A stretch of 64,000 bases of DNA from Lachnospiraceae bacterium (GTDB taxonomy: Bacteria > Bacillota > Clostridia > Peptostreptococcales > Anaerovoracaceae), in assembly GCA_963602445.1 (NCBI GenBank), contig CAVCIY010000026.1, forward strand, positions 1,972 through 65,971. Reading direction: 5' to 3'. Under the pieces are notes generated by a model, which saw only the letters and a program-made list of their open reading frames with translations, searched no databases and was not told the origin of the DNA. This document shows, one piece after another, positions 19,141-29,330 of the stretch (within the stretch, counting starts at the first letter, position 1; each line of letters begins with the position of its first letter). Both the position numbers and the translations under genes were made by a program.

Positions 19141-21291
19141 CTATCTCTTAAACAAAGCCTCGATTTCCGTTCTCTTAAGCCTTATGACAGTCGGTCTGCC
19201 ATGCGGACACGAAAACGGATTTTCGGCTTTGGCCAGCTGCTTTAAAAGTGATTCGATTTCGGCATCCGAAAGAGTTGTATTTCCTTTGACTGCCGACTTG
19301 CATGCTCTTGTAATAATCTTGGCAACTGTTTTCTCGCTTCTGAAGCTTTTTTCATATTCTATGCTGTCGAAAAAGTCATCAAGAAAAATCTCAGCTTCCT
19401 TGTGGCTCATATATGAAGGAAATGCCTTGAATGCGTAAGTTTTAGGGCCGAATTGACTTATGTCAAATCCGGACATTTCGAGAAATCCGATCCATTCTTC
19501 TTCGCGTTCCTTTACGGAATAGCTGACATCAATTCTTATCGGAGTCATAGTAAGCTGCGATGCGGTCTTTTCCGAATAAAAGCTCTTCGTAAGCTTTTCG
19601 AAGAATATTCTTTCGTGCGCTGCATGCTGGTCTATCATATAGAATGTGTCATCGCTCACACCGAGTATGTATGTCCCGAATATCGATCCTATCGGTCTGA
19701 TTTCAGAAATATCAAAAGGCCTCGACAAAGCCTTGTCTATATGAGGAATAAATTTGAGATTTTCCGGAATTTTGACTGAAGAATGAGCAAAATCCGACTC
19801 ATCACCGCTCACGCTCGCGTCCATGCCTTCGCTGTTGCTCACGCTCGCGTCCGTGCCTTCACTGTTGCTTTCACTTCCGCTCGCACACGCGCCATTGCCA
19901 TCGAACGTATCTTCACCCACGCTGCCGCTCACGCTTGTGCTCTTCTCTCCGCTGCTGCCCGTGCTAGTGCCCCCGCTCACACTTTCGACTGCATAAGGCG
20001 AGATTTCCTCTCCGGCTGCTGAGTCAGATTCATACACTTCACCATAATAACCGGCACCTTCCGCTCTTCTCGCCTCTTCTCTTTTCTTTCTGAGTATCGA
20101 ACGCAAGTCGACCTGCTCGCCTGAAGAAGCGGCACTTTTCACGTTTTTCCTGCCGTATTTTTCGGTATCATCAGTCTTTATTTTTATACTTCCGAGGGCG
20201 TCTCTTACCCTAAGCCCCGCTTTTACTGCCTGAAGGACAGCATCATAGACAGCTACATCGTTGTCAAATCTGATCTCGCTCTTGTTTGGATGAATATTCA
20301 CATCTAAAAGTGCGGGATTTATATCTATAAATATAAATGCAATCGGATATCTGCCGTCAAACAAGCGCTGCTTATATCCGTCAGAAATCGCCTTTTCGAT
20401 CACTTTACTGTGCACATAGCGTCCGTTTACGAAAAATATTTGATTTTTTCTGTTTGTCTTTGTCATTTCCGGAGGCGAGATATATCCTTCGATTTTTATT
20501 TCGTTTTCCGCACTTGCATTTTTCGTGCCCGTGCCTTTTTCACTTGCATCTTTCGTGCCTGCGCCTTTTTCACTTGCGCCGGAATCGACATTTTCGATCT
20601 TTATCAGCTTCTTAGCTGTATTTGGGTCAAAGACTGTCGCTATCACCGCAAGACGGTCGCCCCTTCCCGGAGTTGTAAATAAAGTATTTGAATTATTTAT
20701 CATTCTTATTCTGATGTCAGGATAAGCAAGCGTCATTTTTGTCATAAAATCTATGATAAGTGAGCTTTCTGTATTGTCTGCTTTCAAGAATTTCAAGCGT
20801 GCCGGAGTATTGAAAAACAAATCCCTTACGACGACTGTCGTTCCGTCGGCACATCCCGTATCTTCTACGGAGATAATGTCACCGCCCCTGTTTAATACAT
20901 GAGTCCCCAGCTTTTCGCCCTCAGCCTTTGTGGTCAGCTCAATCCTTGATACAGCTGCTATGCTTGCAAGAGCCTCACCGCGGAATCCGAGCGTTTCAAT
21001 TGCATCAAGATCCTGAATTTGCGAGATTTTGCTTGTTGCATGACGCTTAAAAGCTACAGTCACAAATTCCTTCTGAATTCCGCAGCCGTTGTCTGTCACC
21101 CTGATATAACTTTTTCCGCCGTTTTTTATCTCAACCGTAATAAAATCGGCTCCCGCATCTATGGAATTTTCTACAAGCTCCTTTACAATCGACACAGGTC
21201 TGTCCACAACCTCACCGGCAGCGATTTTGTCGGCAATGCGCCTCGGAAGCTCTGTAATAGTATGTTGTATTGCATGAAAAACTCTTCCCAT
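19141..21291 (-). CDS. mutL: DNA mismatch repair endonuclease MutL, with repetitive linker insertions
   Basis: The GHKL ATPase N-terminus is IAAGEVVDRP. The C-terminal endonuclease motif is DQHAAHERIFFE. The RBS gggaggaagg precedes ATG 21291. Confidence 0.9.
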   Translation of the reverse strand: MGRVFHAIQHTITELPRRIADKIAAGEVVDRPVSIVKELVENSIDAGADFITVEIKNGGKSYIRVTDNGCGIQKEFVTVAFKRHATSKISQIQDLDAIETLGFRGEALASIAAVSRIELTTKAEGEKLGTHVLNRGGDIISVEDTGCADGTTVVVRDLFFNTPARLKFLKADNTESSLIIDFMTKMTLAYPDIRIRMINNSNTLFTTPGRGDRLAVIATVFDPNTAKKLIKIENVDSGASEKGAGTKDASEKGTGTKNASAENEIKIEGYISPPEMTKTNRKNQIFFVNGRYVHSKVIEKAISDGYKQRLFDGRYPIAFIFIDINPALLDVNIHPNKSEIRFDNDVAVYDAVLQAVKAGLRVRDALGSIKIKTDDTEKYGRKNVKSAASSGEQVDLRSILRKKREEARRAEGAGYYGEVYESDSAAGEEISPYAVESVSGGTSTGSSGEKSTSVSGSVGEDTFDGNGACASGSESNSEGTDASVSNSEGMDASVSGDESDFAHSSVKIPENLKFIPHIDKALSRPFDISEIRPIGSIFGTYILGVSDDTFYMIDQHAAHERIFFEKLTKSFYSEKTASQLTMTPIRIDVSYSVKEREEEWIGFLEMSGFDISQFGPKTYAFKAFPSYMSHKEAEIFLDDFFDSIEYEKSFRSEKTVAKIITRACKSAVKGNTTLSDAEIESLLKQLAKAENPFSCPHGRPTVIRLKRTEIEALFKR
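19807..19880. repeat. In-frame 30-bp x about 2.4 repeat in the mutL linker
   Basis: gctcacgctcgcgtcc(a/g)tgccttc(g/a)ctgtt is repeated and encodes SNSEG(T/M)DASV. Confidence 0.85.
20511..20580. repeat. In-frame 30-bp x about 2.3 repeat in mutL
   Basis: cacttgcat(t/c)tttcgtgcc(c/t)g(t/c)gccttttt is repeated and encodes (G/A)SEKG(A/T)GTK(D/N)A. Confidence 0.85.
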
Positions 21292-21362
21292 ATATGCCTT
21301 CCTCCCGAACCTCTTTTTTCCGAATATCTTCTGAATACGGATATTTTTTTAATATTTTTAAA

Positions 21363-24047
21363 TCAAAATTCATCCACAGCCTTTTTCAATTTTTCAAGTA
21401 TATCTATCGCCCCCGCAGGAGTAATATTCATAATGTCTACACCGCGAAGCATATCGACAGCAGGATGCTGCAGAAATGTGAGAAATGACATTTGCTCGCC
21501 TTCAAATCCGGCATTCGACTGCCCAGCTTCGTATCTGTCATTTTCATATTTCTCATTTTCATATTTCTCATTTTCATATTCTCCGTTTGTCTCACAAACG
21601 CCTGCATCCTCAATATTTTTCTGCGACGCCTCAAGCTGTGCAAGTTTCAACGATGCGGCCTTGAGAACATAATCAGGAAATCCGGCAAGCTTGGCGACAT
21701 TTATCCCGTAACTTCTGCTGGCTGTCCCTTCGACAATTTTGTGGAGAAATACCACATCGCCGTTGCTCTCGCTCACGGAAACATTGAGATTTTTGAGTCC
21801 CTTCAAGGTTTTCTCAAGCACAGTAAGCTCATGATAGTGAGTCGCAAAGAGCGTTCTTACTCTGCGCTTTTCGTTACACAATGCGTCAACCGTAGCCCAC
21901 GCGATAGCAAGCCCATCATAAGTGCTGGTCCCTCTTCCGATCTCATCAAGAATTACAAGGCTCCGCTCGCTTGCAGTATTTAAAATATTTGCAAGCTCGC
22001 TCATTTCGACAAAGAATGTACTTTGCCCCTGAGTGAGATTGTCCGAGGCACCTATCCTTGTATAAATTCTGTCTGTAACACCGATAACCGCACTGTCCGC
22101 CGGCACAAAGCATCCCATCTGCGCCATCAGGACTATAAGCGCAGTCTGCCTCATATATGTTGATTTTCCGGCCATATTCGGTCCGGTGATAAGAAGCATG
22201 CTCTGCGTGTCGCGGTCTATATAAGTGTCATTTGAAACGAAAGTACTTCCGCAGGCAGACTGTTCTATTACGGGATGCCTTCCGGCAACTATCGAAATAA
22301 CGTCGCCGCCGTTTACTTCCGGCTTCACATATCCGTTTTCGCTGCTGACTTCTGCAAACGAAAGAAGTACATCAAGCGAAGCTATCGCATCAGCTGTCTT
22401 TTGGACATCCGCCGTAAATCCTTTGAGAAATTCGCGAAGTTCTGTGAAGAGCTGATATTCAAGATTATTTATGTTTGTCTCCGCATTTAGGACGAGAATT
22501 TCCATTTCCTTAAGCTTTGGAGTGATAAAACGCTCGGCGTTTACAAGAGTCTGTTTTCTTATATAATCATCCGGAACATTGCCAAGCTGCGCCTTCGAGA
22601 CCTCGATATAATATCCGAATACTTTGTTGAATCCTACCTTGAGATTCTTTATGCCCGTCCTCTCGCGCTCGGCATTTTCAAGTCCCATTATCCAAGAAAT
22701 GCTCCCGCTCGAGGATTCCTTGATATCATCAAGTTGTTTTGAATATCCGTCCTTTATGATTCCTCCGTCTTTGACTGAAATCGGCGGCTCTTCCTTGATG
22801 GCGGATGATATTCTCTCGTAAGCTTCATCAAGAGTATCTGTATTTTCTCCGATCTGTCTTAAAAGTTCGTTTTCTGAAGCAAGAAGATCTGATTTGAGAT
22901 CCGGCAGATAAGCGAGTGAATTTCTCAGAGAAAGCATATCTCTCGCGTTTGCGTTGCCTGCGGCGATTCTTCCGGAAAGTCTCTCGAGATCATATACGCC
23001 CTTTAGAGATTCTTTTATATTGTTTCTCATCATCACGTCAATCACAAGAGCTTCGACAGCATCAAGGCGTTTGTTTATCTGCGCTTCATCGCTTAACGGT
23101 TCCTTGATCCACATCTTGAGCTTTCTGCTTCCCATTGCGGTCTTCGTCTTGTCTAGAACGCCGAGAAGTGAACCCTTCACCTTTTTCTCAAACAATGTCT
23201 CTGTCAGCTCCAGATTTTTGACTGCCGACCTGTCCAGCGACATAACGCCTTCGTTTCTTATGATTCTGAGATTGAGAAGCTGTTCGATATTGTTTTTCTG
23301 TGTCTCGGAAAGATAGCAAAGCATACCCCCCAGAGCCCTGGCCGCAGCTTTTAAATCAGCAAGTCCCAGTCCCTCAAATGACGCAACCTTAAAATGTCTC
23401 TTGATTGCCGCTTCGGCATAATCCTTTACATAATAGCTCTCGTCAGGTGATGAAATATAAGCGCGGCTAAGGAGCGAAATTTCCTCTGCAAGCTTTGGGG
23501 CACTGTATTTTGTCATCGTATTTAGAATGACTTCCCGCACATCTATTCTGATAAGCTCATTTACAGCGTCCGACACATCTGTATATTCGCCTGCGGCAAG
23601 AAAGCCGGTAGATATATCGCAATATGCAAGTCCGACTGTATCCTCATCTATATAGACCGATGCCAGATAGTTGTTTTCGCTCTCATCAAGCATTATATTG
23701 TCGATAACGGTCCCCGGCGTAACGATTCTGATGACCTCGCGCTTCACAAGCCCCTTTGCCGCGGCCGGGTCCTCGGTCTGCTCACAGATCGCAACCTTGT
23801 ATCCTTTATTTATGAGCTTTGAAATATATGTTTCGGCAGAATGATACGGCACACCGCACATAGGTGCGCGTTCCTTCAGACCGCAGCTTTTCCCCGTCAG
23901 AGTGACCTCCATCTCTTTTGATGCAGTAATAGCATCATCAAAGAACATTTCATAAAAGTCGCCCAGACGGAAAAATAGTATACAATCCTTGTACTGCTCC
24001 TTTATGTCCATATATTGCTGCATCATGGGTGTAAGCTTTTCAGTCAT
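21363..24047 (-). CDS. mutS: DNA mismatch repair protein MutS
   Basis: The N-terminus is TPMMQQY..IK, the Walker A is GPNMAGKST, and TH.HEL is present. The start is ATG 24047 after ggaggc. Confidence 0.9.
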   Translation of the reverse strand: MTEKLTPMMQQYMDIKEQYKDCILFFRLGDFYEMFFDDAITASKEMEVTLTGKSCGLKERAPMCGVPYHSAETYISKLINKGYKVAICEQTEDPAAAKGLVKREVIRIVTPGTVIDNIMLDESENNYLASVYIDEDTVGLAYCDISTGFLAAGEYTDVSDAVNELIRIDVREVILNTMTKYSAPKLAEEISLLSRAYISSPDESYYVKDYAEAAIKRHFKVASFEGLGLADLKAAARALGGMLCYLSETQKNNIEQLLNLRIIRNEGVMSLDRSAVKNLELTETLFEKKVKGSLLGVLDKTKTAMGSRKLKMWIKEPLSDEAQINKRLDAVEALVIDVMMRNNIKESLKGVYDLERLSGRIAAGNANARDMLSLRNSLAYLPDLKSDLLASENELLRQIGENTDTLDEAYERISSAIKEEPPISVKDGGIIKDGYSKQLDDIKESSSGSISWIMGLENAERERTGIKNLKVGFNKVFGYYIEVSKAQLGNVPDDYIRKQTLVNAERFITPKLKEMEILVLNAETNINNLEYQLFTELREFLKGFTADVQKTADAIASLDVLLSFAEVSSENGYVKPEVNGGDVISIVAGRHPVIEQSACGSTFVSNDTYIDRDTQSMLLITGPNMAGKSTYMRQTALIVLMAQMGCFVPADSAVIGVTDRIYTRIGASDNLTQGQSTFFVEMSELANILNTASERSLVILDEIGRGTSTYDGLAIAWATVDALCNEKRRVRTLFATHYHELTVLEKTLKGLKNLNVSVSESNGDVVFLHKIVEGTASRSYGINVAKLAGFPDYVLKAASLKLAQLEASQKNIEDAGVCETNGEYENEKYENEKYENDRYEAGQSNAGFEGEQMSFLTFLQHPAVDMLRGVDIMNITPAGAIDILEKLKKAVDEF
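21538..21582. repeat. In-frame 15-bp x 3 repeat near the mutS 3' end (encodes YENEK repeats)
   Basis: tcattttcatatttc is repeated contiguously. Confidence 0.85.
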
Positions 24048-24127
24048 TTTATGCCTCCGTATCTTCGGGTCTCCGTATCTTCGGTGCCTTTTCGATGACA
24101 TTTATCCGCATTTTACATTCCGTATTT

Positions 24128-24246
24128 TTCAGTCCGCATTCTTCACTTCGCAATCTTCAGTCCGCAATCTTCAGTCTGCAATCTTCAGTTTGCGTTCTTA
24201 TGATCATTTTAATTAAGATCTCTTGATTTTAATTAAGATCTCTTGG
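24128..24246. repeat. Two adjacent tandem repeats: about 14-bp units (ttcagtccgcaatc-like, several copies) and a perfect 20-bp x 2 unit spanning the DUF896 stop codon
   Basis: attttaattaagatctcttg occurs at 24206-24225 and again at 24226-24245. The second copy contains the last codons and the TAA of the 24229..24456 gene. Confidence 0.85.
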
Positions 24247-24456
24247 CTTTCTCTTTCGCGTAACTGGTGTGACACTTCCGTCAGCCTCAACAATCTGAAT
24301 CTGTTCGAGCTGACTTCTCATGCGGCTTCTGAAGTTTGCGAGATACTCCTTTCTGAGAGCGTCTCTTTCCATTATTTCTTCGTCCGTAAGTCCCTCACGC
24401 TTTGCCTTATGGGCAAGTTCGTTTATTCTTTCAAGTACTTTGTCTGAAACTACCAT
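24229..24456 (-). CDS. DUF896/UPF0291 family small protein (YnzC-like)
   Basis: The pattern RINELA.K.K..GLT.EE..E...LR.EYL..FR matches the family. Confidence 0.7.
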   Translation of the reverse strand: MVVSDKVLERINELAHKAKREGLTDEEIMERDALRKEYLANFRSRMRSQLEQIQIVEADGSVTPVTRKRKPRDLN

Positions 24457-24479
24457 ATGTTATAATTCCTTTCAATGGG

Positions 24480-25349
24480 TTATCTTGCGAGAATTTCAAC
24501 ACCGTCCTCTGTCACAAGAATCTGGTATTCGAATTGTGCCGACGGTTCACCATCATAAGTATAAATAGTCCATCCGTCATCCTCGTCCTCAAAAATGTCA
24601 GCCTTGCCCATATTGATCATCGGTTCGATCGTGAAAATCATGCCCGGTACCAGAAGAATATCCGTGTCCGGCTCACCGATGTGGCTCACCCACGGCTCCT
24701 CGTGAAATTCCAGCCCGATACCGTGGCCGCCTATCTCACGCACGACAGAAAAGCCGTTTTTCTTTGCATGTTCATTTATCGCATAACCCACATCGCCGAG
24801 AAATCCCCAAGGCTTCACAGCCGCAACTCCGAGTTCAAGACACTCCTTGGTGACTTCGACAAGCTTGCGCTTCTTTTCACTCACATCACCTATAAGATAC
24901 ATTCTCGAGGAATCGCCGAAATATCCGTTATAAATCGTACTGCAGTCGATATTTACAATGTCTCCGTCCTCAAGAATCGTGAATTCATCCGGAATCCCAT
25001 GGCATACAACATCATTTATAGAAATACACACGCTCTTCGGATATCCCTCATAATCCAAAGGCGCAGGAATTCCCCCAAGCTCTCTTGTATATGCGTCAAT
25101 CTTATCATTTAACTCAAGTGTAGACACACCCGCCTTTACAAAAGGCTCTATATAATCCAGGACAAGAGTATTTATGCGCGCCGCCTCGCGTACGCCCTCA
25201 ATCTGCTCAGGAGTTTTGATCATATAATGCTCCGGAACCTCGTGCCCCTCATCTTCGATTTCTCTGATTTTTTTGTCAAAATCATAATGACATGCTTTGT
25301 ATTTTTTCCCGCTGCCGCACCAGCACGGGTCATTTCTCCCAATTTTCAA
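24480..25349 (-). CDS. map: Type I methionine aminopeptidase with an N-terminal SEC-C zinc motif
   Basis: The N-terminus is [18 protein letters not shown]. The M24 metal ligands appear in the expected pattern (VCHGIP, D..VNIDCS, GHGIG, FTIEP). The start is TTG at 25349. Confidence 0.85.
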   Translation of the reverse strand: MKIGRNDPCWCGSGKKYKACHYDFDKKIREIEDEGHEVPEHYMIKTPEQIEGVREAARINTLVLDYIEPFVKAGVSTLELNDKIDAYTRELGGIPAPLDYEGYPKSVCISINDVVCHGIPDEFTILEDGDIVNIDCSTIYNGYFGDSSRMYLIGDVSEKKRKLVEVTKECLELGVAAVKPWGFLGDVGYAINEHAKKNGFSVVREIGGHGIGLEFHEEPWVSHIGEPDTDILLVPGMIFTIEPMINMGKADIFEDEDDGWTIYTYDGEPSAQFEYQILVTEDGVEILAR

Positions 25350-25413
25350 CTTTACTGCTCACCTTTCAATATTTATATTCTGTCCGGCCATACTGTCCGC
25401 ACCGAGTAATTTA

Positions 25414-25839
25414 TCAATGCGAATCAAGCCAGCTCTGTAAAATAACGACTGCTGCTTGCTTATCTATCACTGTTTTTCTCTTTTTTCTTGAGACATCAGC
25501 CTGAATAAGAACACTTTCGGCAATCTTTGTGGTAAATCTCTCATCCTGGAATTCGACCTTTATATCGTTCATTCCGATGCTGCGCATCTTATTTTCCAGC
25601 ATAGTCCTGAAATCGCGAACCTTCTGAGTCTGGACGCTGTCTGTTCCGTTTAAATTCAGCGGAAGCCCTATAACCACGGTCGAACATTCGTGTTCTTTTA
25701 TAAGAGCTATGACCTTGTCGGCATCCTTTCTTATGCCTATACGCTCTATAGTCATAAGTCCGTTTGCCGTAATTCCGAGAGGGTCGCTTAGCGCAACTCC
25801 TATAGTTTTGTCACCGACATCAAGCGATATCGTTCTCAT
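25414..25839 (-). CDS. ruvX: Holliday junction resolvase-like RuvX/YqgF
   Basis: Motifs MRTISLDVGDKTIGVA..GLP.N..G and DERFTT are present. Confidence 0.85.
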   Translation of the reverse strand: MRTISLDVGDKTIGVALSDPLGITANGLMTIERIGIRKDADKVIALIKEHECSTVVIGLPLNLNGTDSVQTQKVRDFRTMLENKMRSIGMNDIKVEFQDERFTTKIAESVLIQADVSRKKRKTVIDKQAAVVILQSWLDSH

Positions 25840-25859
25840 TTATTTTCTCCTTTCAGCGA

Positions 25860-25965
25860 AACTTTCTCTGCACTTGCCGACGAAGCTTTCTTTGCTGTTG
25901 TCGGCAAAGCTTTCCGCACTCTTGCCGACGAAGCTTTCTTTGCTGTTGTCGGCAAAGCTTACACT
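25860..25965. repeat. Tandem repeat, about 47 bp x 2, each unit containing its own hairpin
   Basis: The unit is cttgccgacgaagctttctttgctgttgtcggcaaagctt. Its arms ttgccgac and gtcggcaa can pair. Confidence 0.8.
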
Positions 25966-25994
25966 TCCGCCGTTTATTTTTAAAAACTGCCTTT

Positions 25995-26038
25995 TATTTT
26001 AAAGACAAATTGCCCGGGTTTAGAAGAACCCGGGCAAC
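25995..26038 (-). terminator. Terminator hairpin downstream of ireB
   Basis: Stem ttgcccgggtt pairs with aacccgggcaa. On the minus strand a T-rich tract (tttgtctttaaaa) follows. Confidence 0.5.
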
Positions 26039-26051
26039 GAGAAAGTATGAT

Positions 26052-26303
26052 TTACTTGTCCAAATATTCTCTCAATAATGCTTCGACGAGATAATCTCTT
26101 TCAATCTGTCTGATGAGATTTCTTGCATTGTTGTGACCGGTAATATACGACGGATCGCCCGAGAGTATGTATCCGACCAGCTGATCGAGAGGATTGTATC
26201 CCTTTTCTTCAAGAGCGTCGCAGACATTCTGAAGAATCAGCTTCATTGTCTTGTCCTTTATCTTATCAGAATTGTCAAAAGTAATCGTATCCTTGTCCAT
26301 CAC
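26052..26303 (-). CDS. ireB: IreB family regulatory phosphoprotein (UPF0297)
   Basis: [29 protein letters not shown] is the family hallmark. Confidence 0.8.
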   Translation of the reverse strand: MMDKDTITFDNSDKIKDKTMKLILQNVCDALEEKGYNPLDQLVGYILSGDPSYITGHNNARNLIRQIERDYLVEALLREYLDK

Positions 26304-26582
26304 TTCGCCCCCTTTTTTTTATCCTAAATACAAAGTGAATATATGTACACACAAACTATTAATCCACCTTTATATTAAATCAATATTCGTACTATTGCAA
26401 GGGATATTCCCGGTAAATTATTCTGTTTTTTTGGTTGTTTGCTGAAATATTTCCGCTCCGGTTTTTTGCATTTGCCACACATCCTGATTGCGTTCGTCAA
26501 AGTCCGGATTTTAGTCGCACTTTGAGCCGGATTTGTGCGGAATTCCTGCAGCATCGCTTACGCACAGTTCGATTTTGCCTTT

Positions 26583-29246
26583 TTAATGGATAAGCGTAGC
26601 TGCAAATTCGAGCGCTTCGTCAACCTTTGAAGGATCCTTTGCGCCTGCCTGAGCCATGTCAGCCTTGCCGCCGCCGCCGCCGCCGGCAATCTTTGCAATC
26701 TGCTTGATCATATTTCCTGCGTGATATCCTTTTTCGAGCAAGCTGTCGGAAACAGAGACAAGGAACATTACCTTAGGGCCGTTTACAGTAGCAAGGACAT
26801 TGATAATATCCTTTTCCTCTGCCTTAAGCTTGTCTGAAAGCGTTCTCAGATCCGCTATATCTGTATCCTCGAACTTTGCGGTTACAAGCTTGATGCCGGA
26901 AATCTCCTTGGCAGACTTGATAAGATCACCTGCGGAATCGCCCATAGACTGACTCTTAAGCTCGTCAAGCTCCTTCTTCAGCGTCTTTACTTCGTCGAGA
27001 AGAGCGCTTACTCTTGGGATGATATTTGACTTAGGGGTTCTGAGCTTTTCAGAAAGCTCATCTATGAGAGCATCCTCTTTTGCGATATGATCATATAAGC
27101 CGCGTCCCGTAATGGCCTCGATACGTCTGGTGCCCGATGCTACGCCTGCCTCACTGATAATTCTGACAGAACCTATCTGGCCTGCATTTGAGATGTGAGT
27201 GCCGCCGCACAATTCCATGCTGAAATCGCCTACAGAAACAACTCTTACTTCATCAGCATACTTTTCGCCAAACAGAGCCGTTGCGCCTGTCTTCTTTGCG
27301 TCATCGATATTCATGATTTCGGTTGATACGTCAGCAAATGAATTGATTACTTCATTTGATATTCTTTCAACCTCTGCAAGCTCCTCAGCGGTAAGCGCCT
27401 CAAAATGAGTAAAGTCAAATCTGAGAGAGTCGGCTGTGACAGAAGAACCTGCCTGCGCAACATGCTCGCCGAGAACCTTCTTAAGAGCCGCATGAAGAAT
27501 ATGAGTGGCAGTATGATTTCTTGCGATATTATTTCTGTTTAAAATATCCACAGATGCAGTGACAACGTCGCCCGCGGAAATTTTGCCTGCCTTGACGATT
27601 GCCTTATGAACAAAGAGATTCTTTGCCTTTACGGTATATGTAACCTCAGCCAAAGCATTGTCTTCGCCGCCTGCACCGGCGTTAGTGCCTACGCCTCCTG
27701 AAGTGATAATACCCTTGTCGCCTGCCTGACCTCCCATTTCTGCATAGAACGGAGTCTTGTCAAGTATAATGGAAACCTCTTCTCCGGCAGATGCTGAATC
27801 TACAGGTTTTTTGTCCTTAAGAATCGCAACGATCTTGCATTCGTCCTCATATCTGTCATATCCCGTAAATATCGTATCATCCGTAGAATTGAAAAATCCG
27901 AGCTCTTCATCCTGCCATGCGATTTCATCGTCAGACTTTCTTGCTGCGCGCGCCTGCTCCTTTTGCTTTTCCATGCATGCGTTAAATCCGTCTTCGTCGG
28001 CGGAAATTCCGCTTTCCTCAAGTATTTCCACAGTAAGCTCGAGAGGGAATCCGTAAGTGTCATAAAGTTTAAATACCTTTTCGCCCTCAAGAACAGTCTT
28101 TCCTTCCTTCTTGAGTTCTTCAATATATTCGCCGATGATATTTGTGCCCTGGTCGATAGTTTCGCTGAACTTTTCCTCTTCGACAGTCAGAATCTTGAAG
28201 ATATAATCTTTCTTTTCTACGAGTGCAGGATAAGCATCGCCTGAAACATCGATTACCCTCTTCGCAAGTTCTGCCATGAAATTGCCTTCGATTCCGAGAA
28301 TCTTTCCGTGTCTTGCGGCTCTTCTTAAGAGTCTTCTGAGGACATATCCTCTTCCTTCGTTTCCCGGCATGATGCCGTCGCTGATCATAAATGTAACAGA
28401 ACGCACATGGTCAGTGATAATCCTGATGGAAATGTCTTCCTTAGCCTTGCCTCCCTTGTATTCTACGCCTGAAAGCTCAACAACTCCGTCGAGAATATAT
28501 TTGATAGTATCAATAGCAAATATAGAATCAGTCTCCTGCATGACACATGCCATTCTTTCGAGGCCCATACCCGTATCGATATTCGGATGCTCGAGAGGAT
28601 TGTAATTTCCTTCTTCATCTCTGTCAAATTGAGTAAATACATGATTCCAGAATTCTATGTATCTGTCGCAATCACATCCCGGCTTGCAGTCAGGCTTGCC
28701 GCAACCGTACTCCGGACCTCTGTCAAAATAGATCTCGGAGCAAGGGCCGCACGGACCGATGCCGATTTCCCAGAAATTGTCATCCTTGCCCAGTCTGACA
28801 ATCCTTTCCTCAGGCATACCTATCTTATCCCTCCAGATAGCATAAGCTTCGTCGTCATCCTGATAAACTGTAGCCCAAACTCTGTCTTCAGGCAGCTTGA
28901 GCCATTTTGTAATAAATTCCCAGCCCCACTGTAAAGATTCTTCTTTGAAATAATCTCCAAATGAGAAGTTTCCCATCATCTCAAAAAATGTACCGTGTCT
29001 GTCTGTATAACCGATATTTTCAATATCACCCGTACGTATGCACTTTTGGCATGTAGTCATTCTCTTGCGAGGAGGAGTCTCCAGACCTGCAAAATAAGGC
29101 TTAAGCGGTGCCATGCCTGAGTTGATGAGCATCAGGCTCTTGTCCTTTTCGGGAACGAGCGAGTAACTCTCGTGAGCCAGATGACCTTTGCTTTCCCAAA
29201 ATTCCAGAAACATTTTTCTGATTTCATTAAGTCCGAGTTTTTCCAT
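26583..29246 (-). CDS. alaS: Alanine--tRNA ligase
   Basis: The 887 aa product carries class II AlaRS motifs and the editing-domain HTATHIL and CGGTH signatures. Confidence 0.95.
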   Translation of the reverse strand: MEKLGLNEIRKMFLEFWESKGHLAHESYSLVPEKDKSLMLINSGMAPLKPYFAGLETPPRKRMTTCQKCIRTGDIENIGYTDRHGTFFEMMGNFSFGDYFKEESLQWGWEFITKWLKLPEDRVWATVYQDDDEAYAIWRDKIGMPEERIVRLGKDDNFWEIGIGPCGPCSEIYFDRGPEYGCGKPDCKPGCDCDRYIEFWNHVFTQFDRDEEGNYNPLEHPNIDTGMGLERMACVMQETDSIFAIDTIKYILDGVVELSGVEYKGGKAKEDISIRIITDHVRSVTFMISDGIMPGNEGRGYVLRRLLRRAARHGKILGIEGNFMAELAKRVIDVSGDAYPALVEKKDYIFKILTVEEEKFSETIDQGTNIIGEYIEELKKEGKTVLEGEKVFKLYDTYGFPLELTVEILEESGISADEDGFNACMEKQKEQARAARKSDDEIAWQDEELGFFNSTDDTIFTGYDRYEDECKIVAILKDKKPVDSASAGEEVSIILDKTPFYAEMGGQAGDKGIITSGGVGTNAGAGGEDNALAEVTYTVKAKNLFVHKAIVKAGKISAGDVVTASVDILNRNNIARNHTATHILHAALKKVLGEHVAQAGSSVTADSLRFDFTHFEALTAEELAEVERISNEVINSFADVSTEIMNIDDAKKTGATALFGEKYADEVRVVSVGDFSMELCGGTHISNAGQIGSVRIISEAGVASGTRRIEAITGRGLYDHIAKEDALIDELSEKLRTPKSNIIPRVSALLDEVKTLKKELDELKSQSMGDSAGDLIKSAKEISGIKLVTAKFEDTDIADLRTLSDKLKAEEKDIINVLATVNGPKVMFLVSVSDSLLEKGYHAGNMIKQIAKIAGGGGGGKADMAQAGAKDPSKVDEALEFAATLIH

Positions 29247-29330
29247 TTTGTCCTCCTGCTTTTATTCTCATGATGAAACGGTTGCCTTAAAATGAAACAA
29301 TTGCTTTAAAATAAATGATTGCCTTAAATT

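Noticed and set aside
19141-24047. Explaining the minisatellite expansion by defective mismatch repair due to the repeats inside mutS and mutL
   Set aside because: Both ORFs are intact and retain their catalytic motifs (MutS Walker A GPNMAGKST, MutL DQHAAHERIFFE). The repeats sit in linker or tail regions. The causal idea has no support in the sequence.
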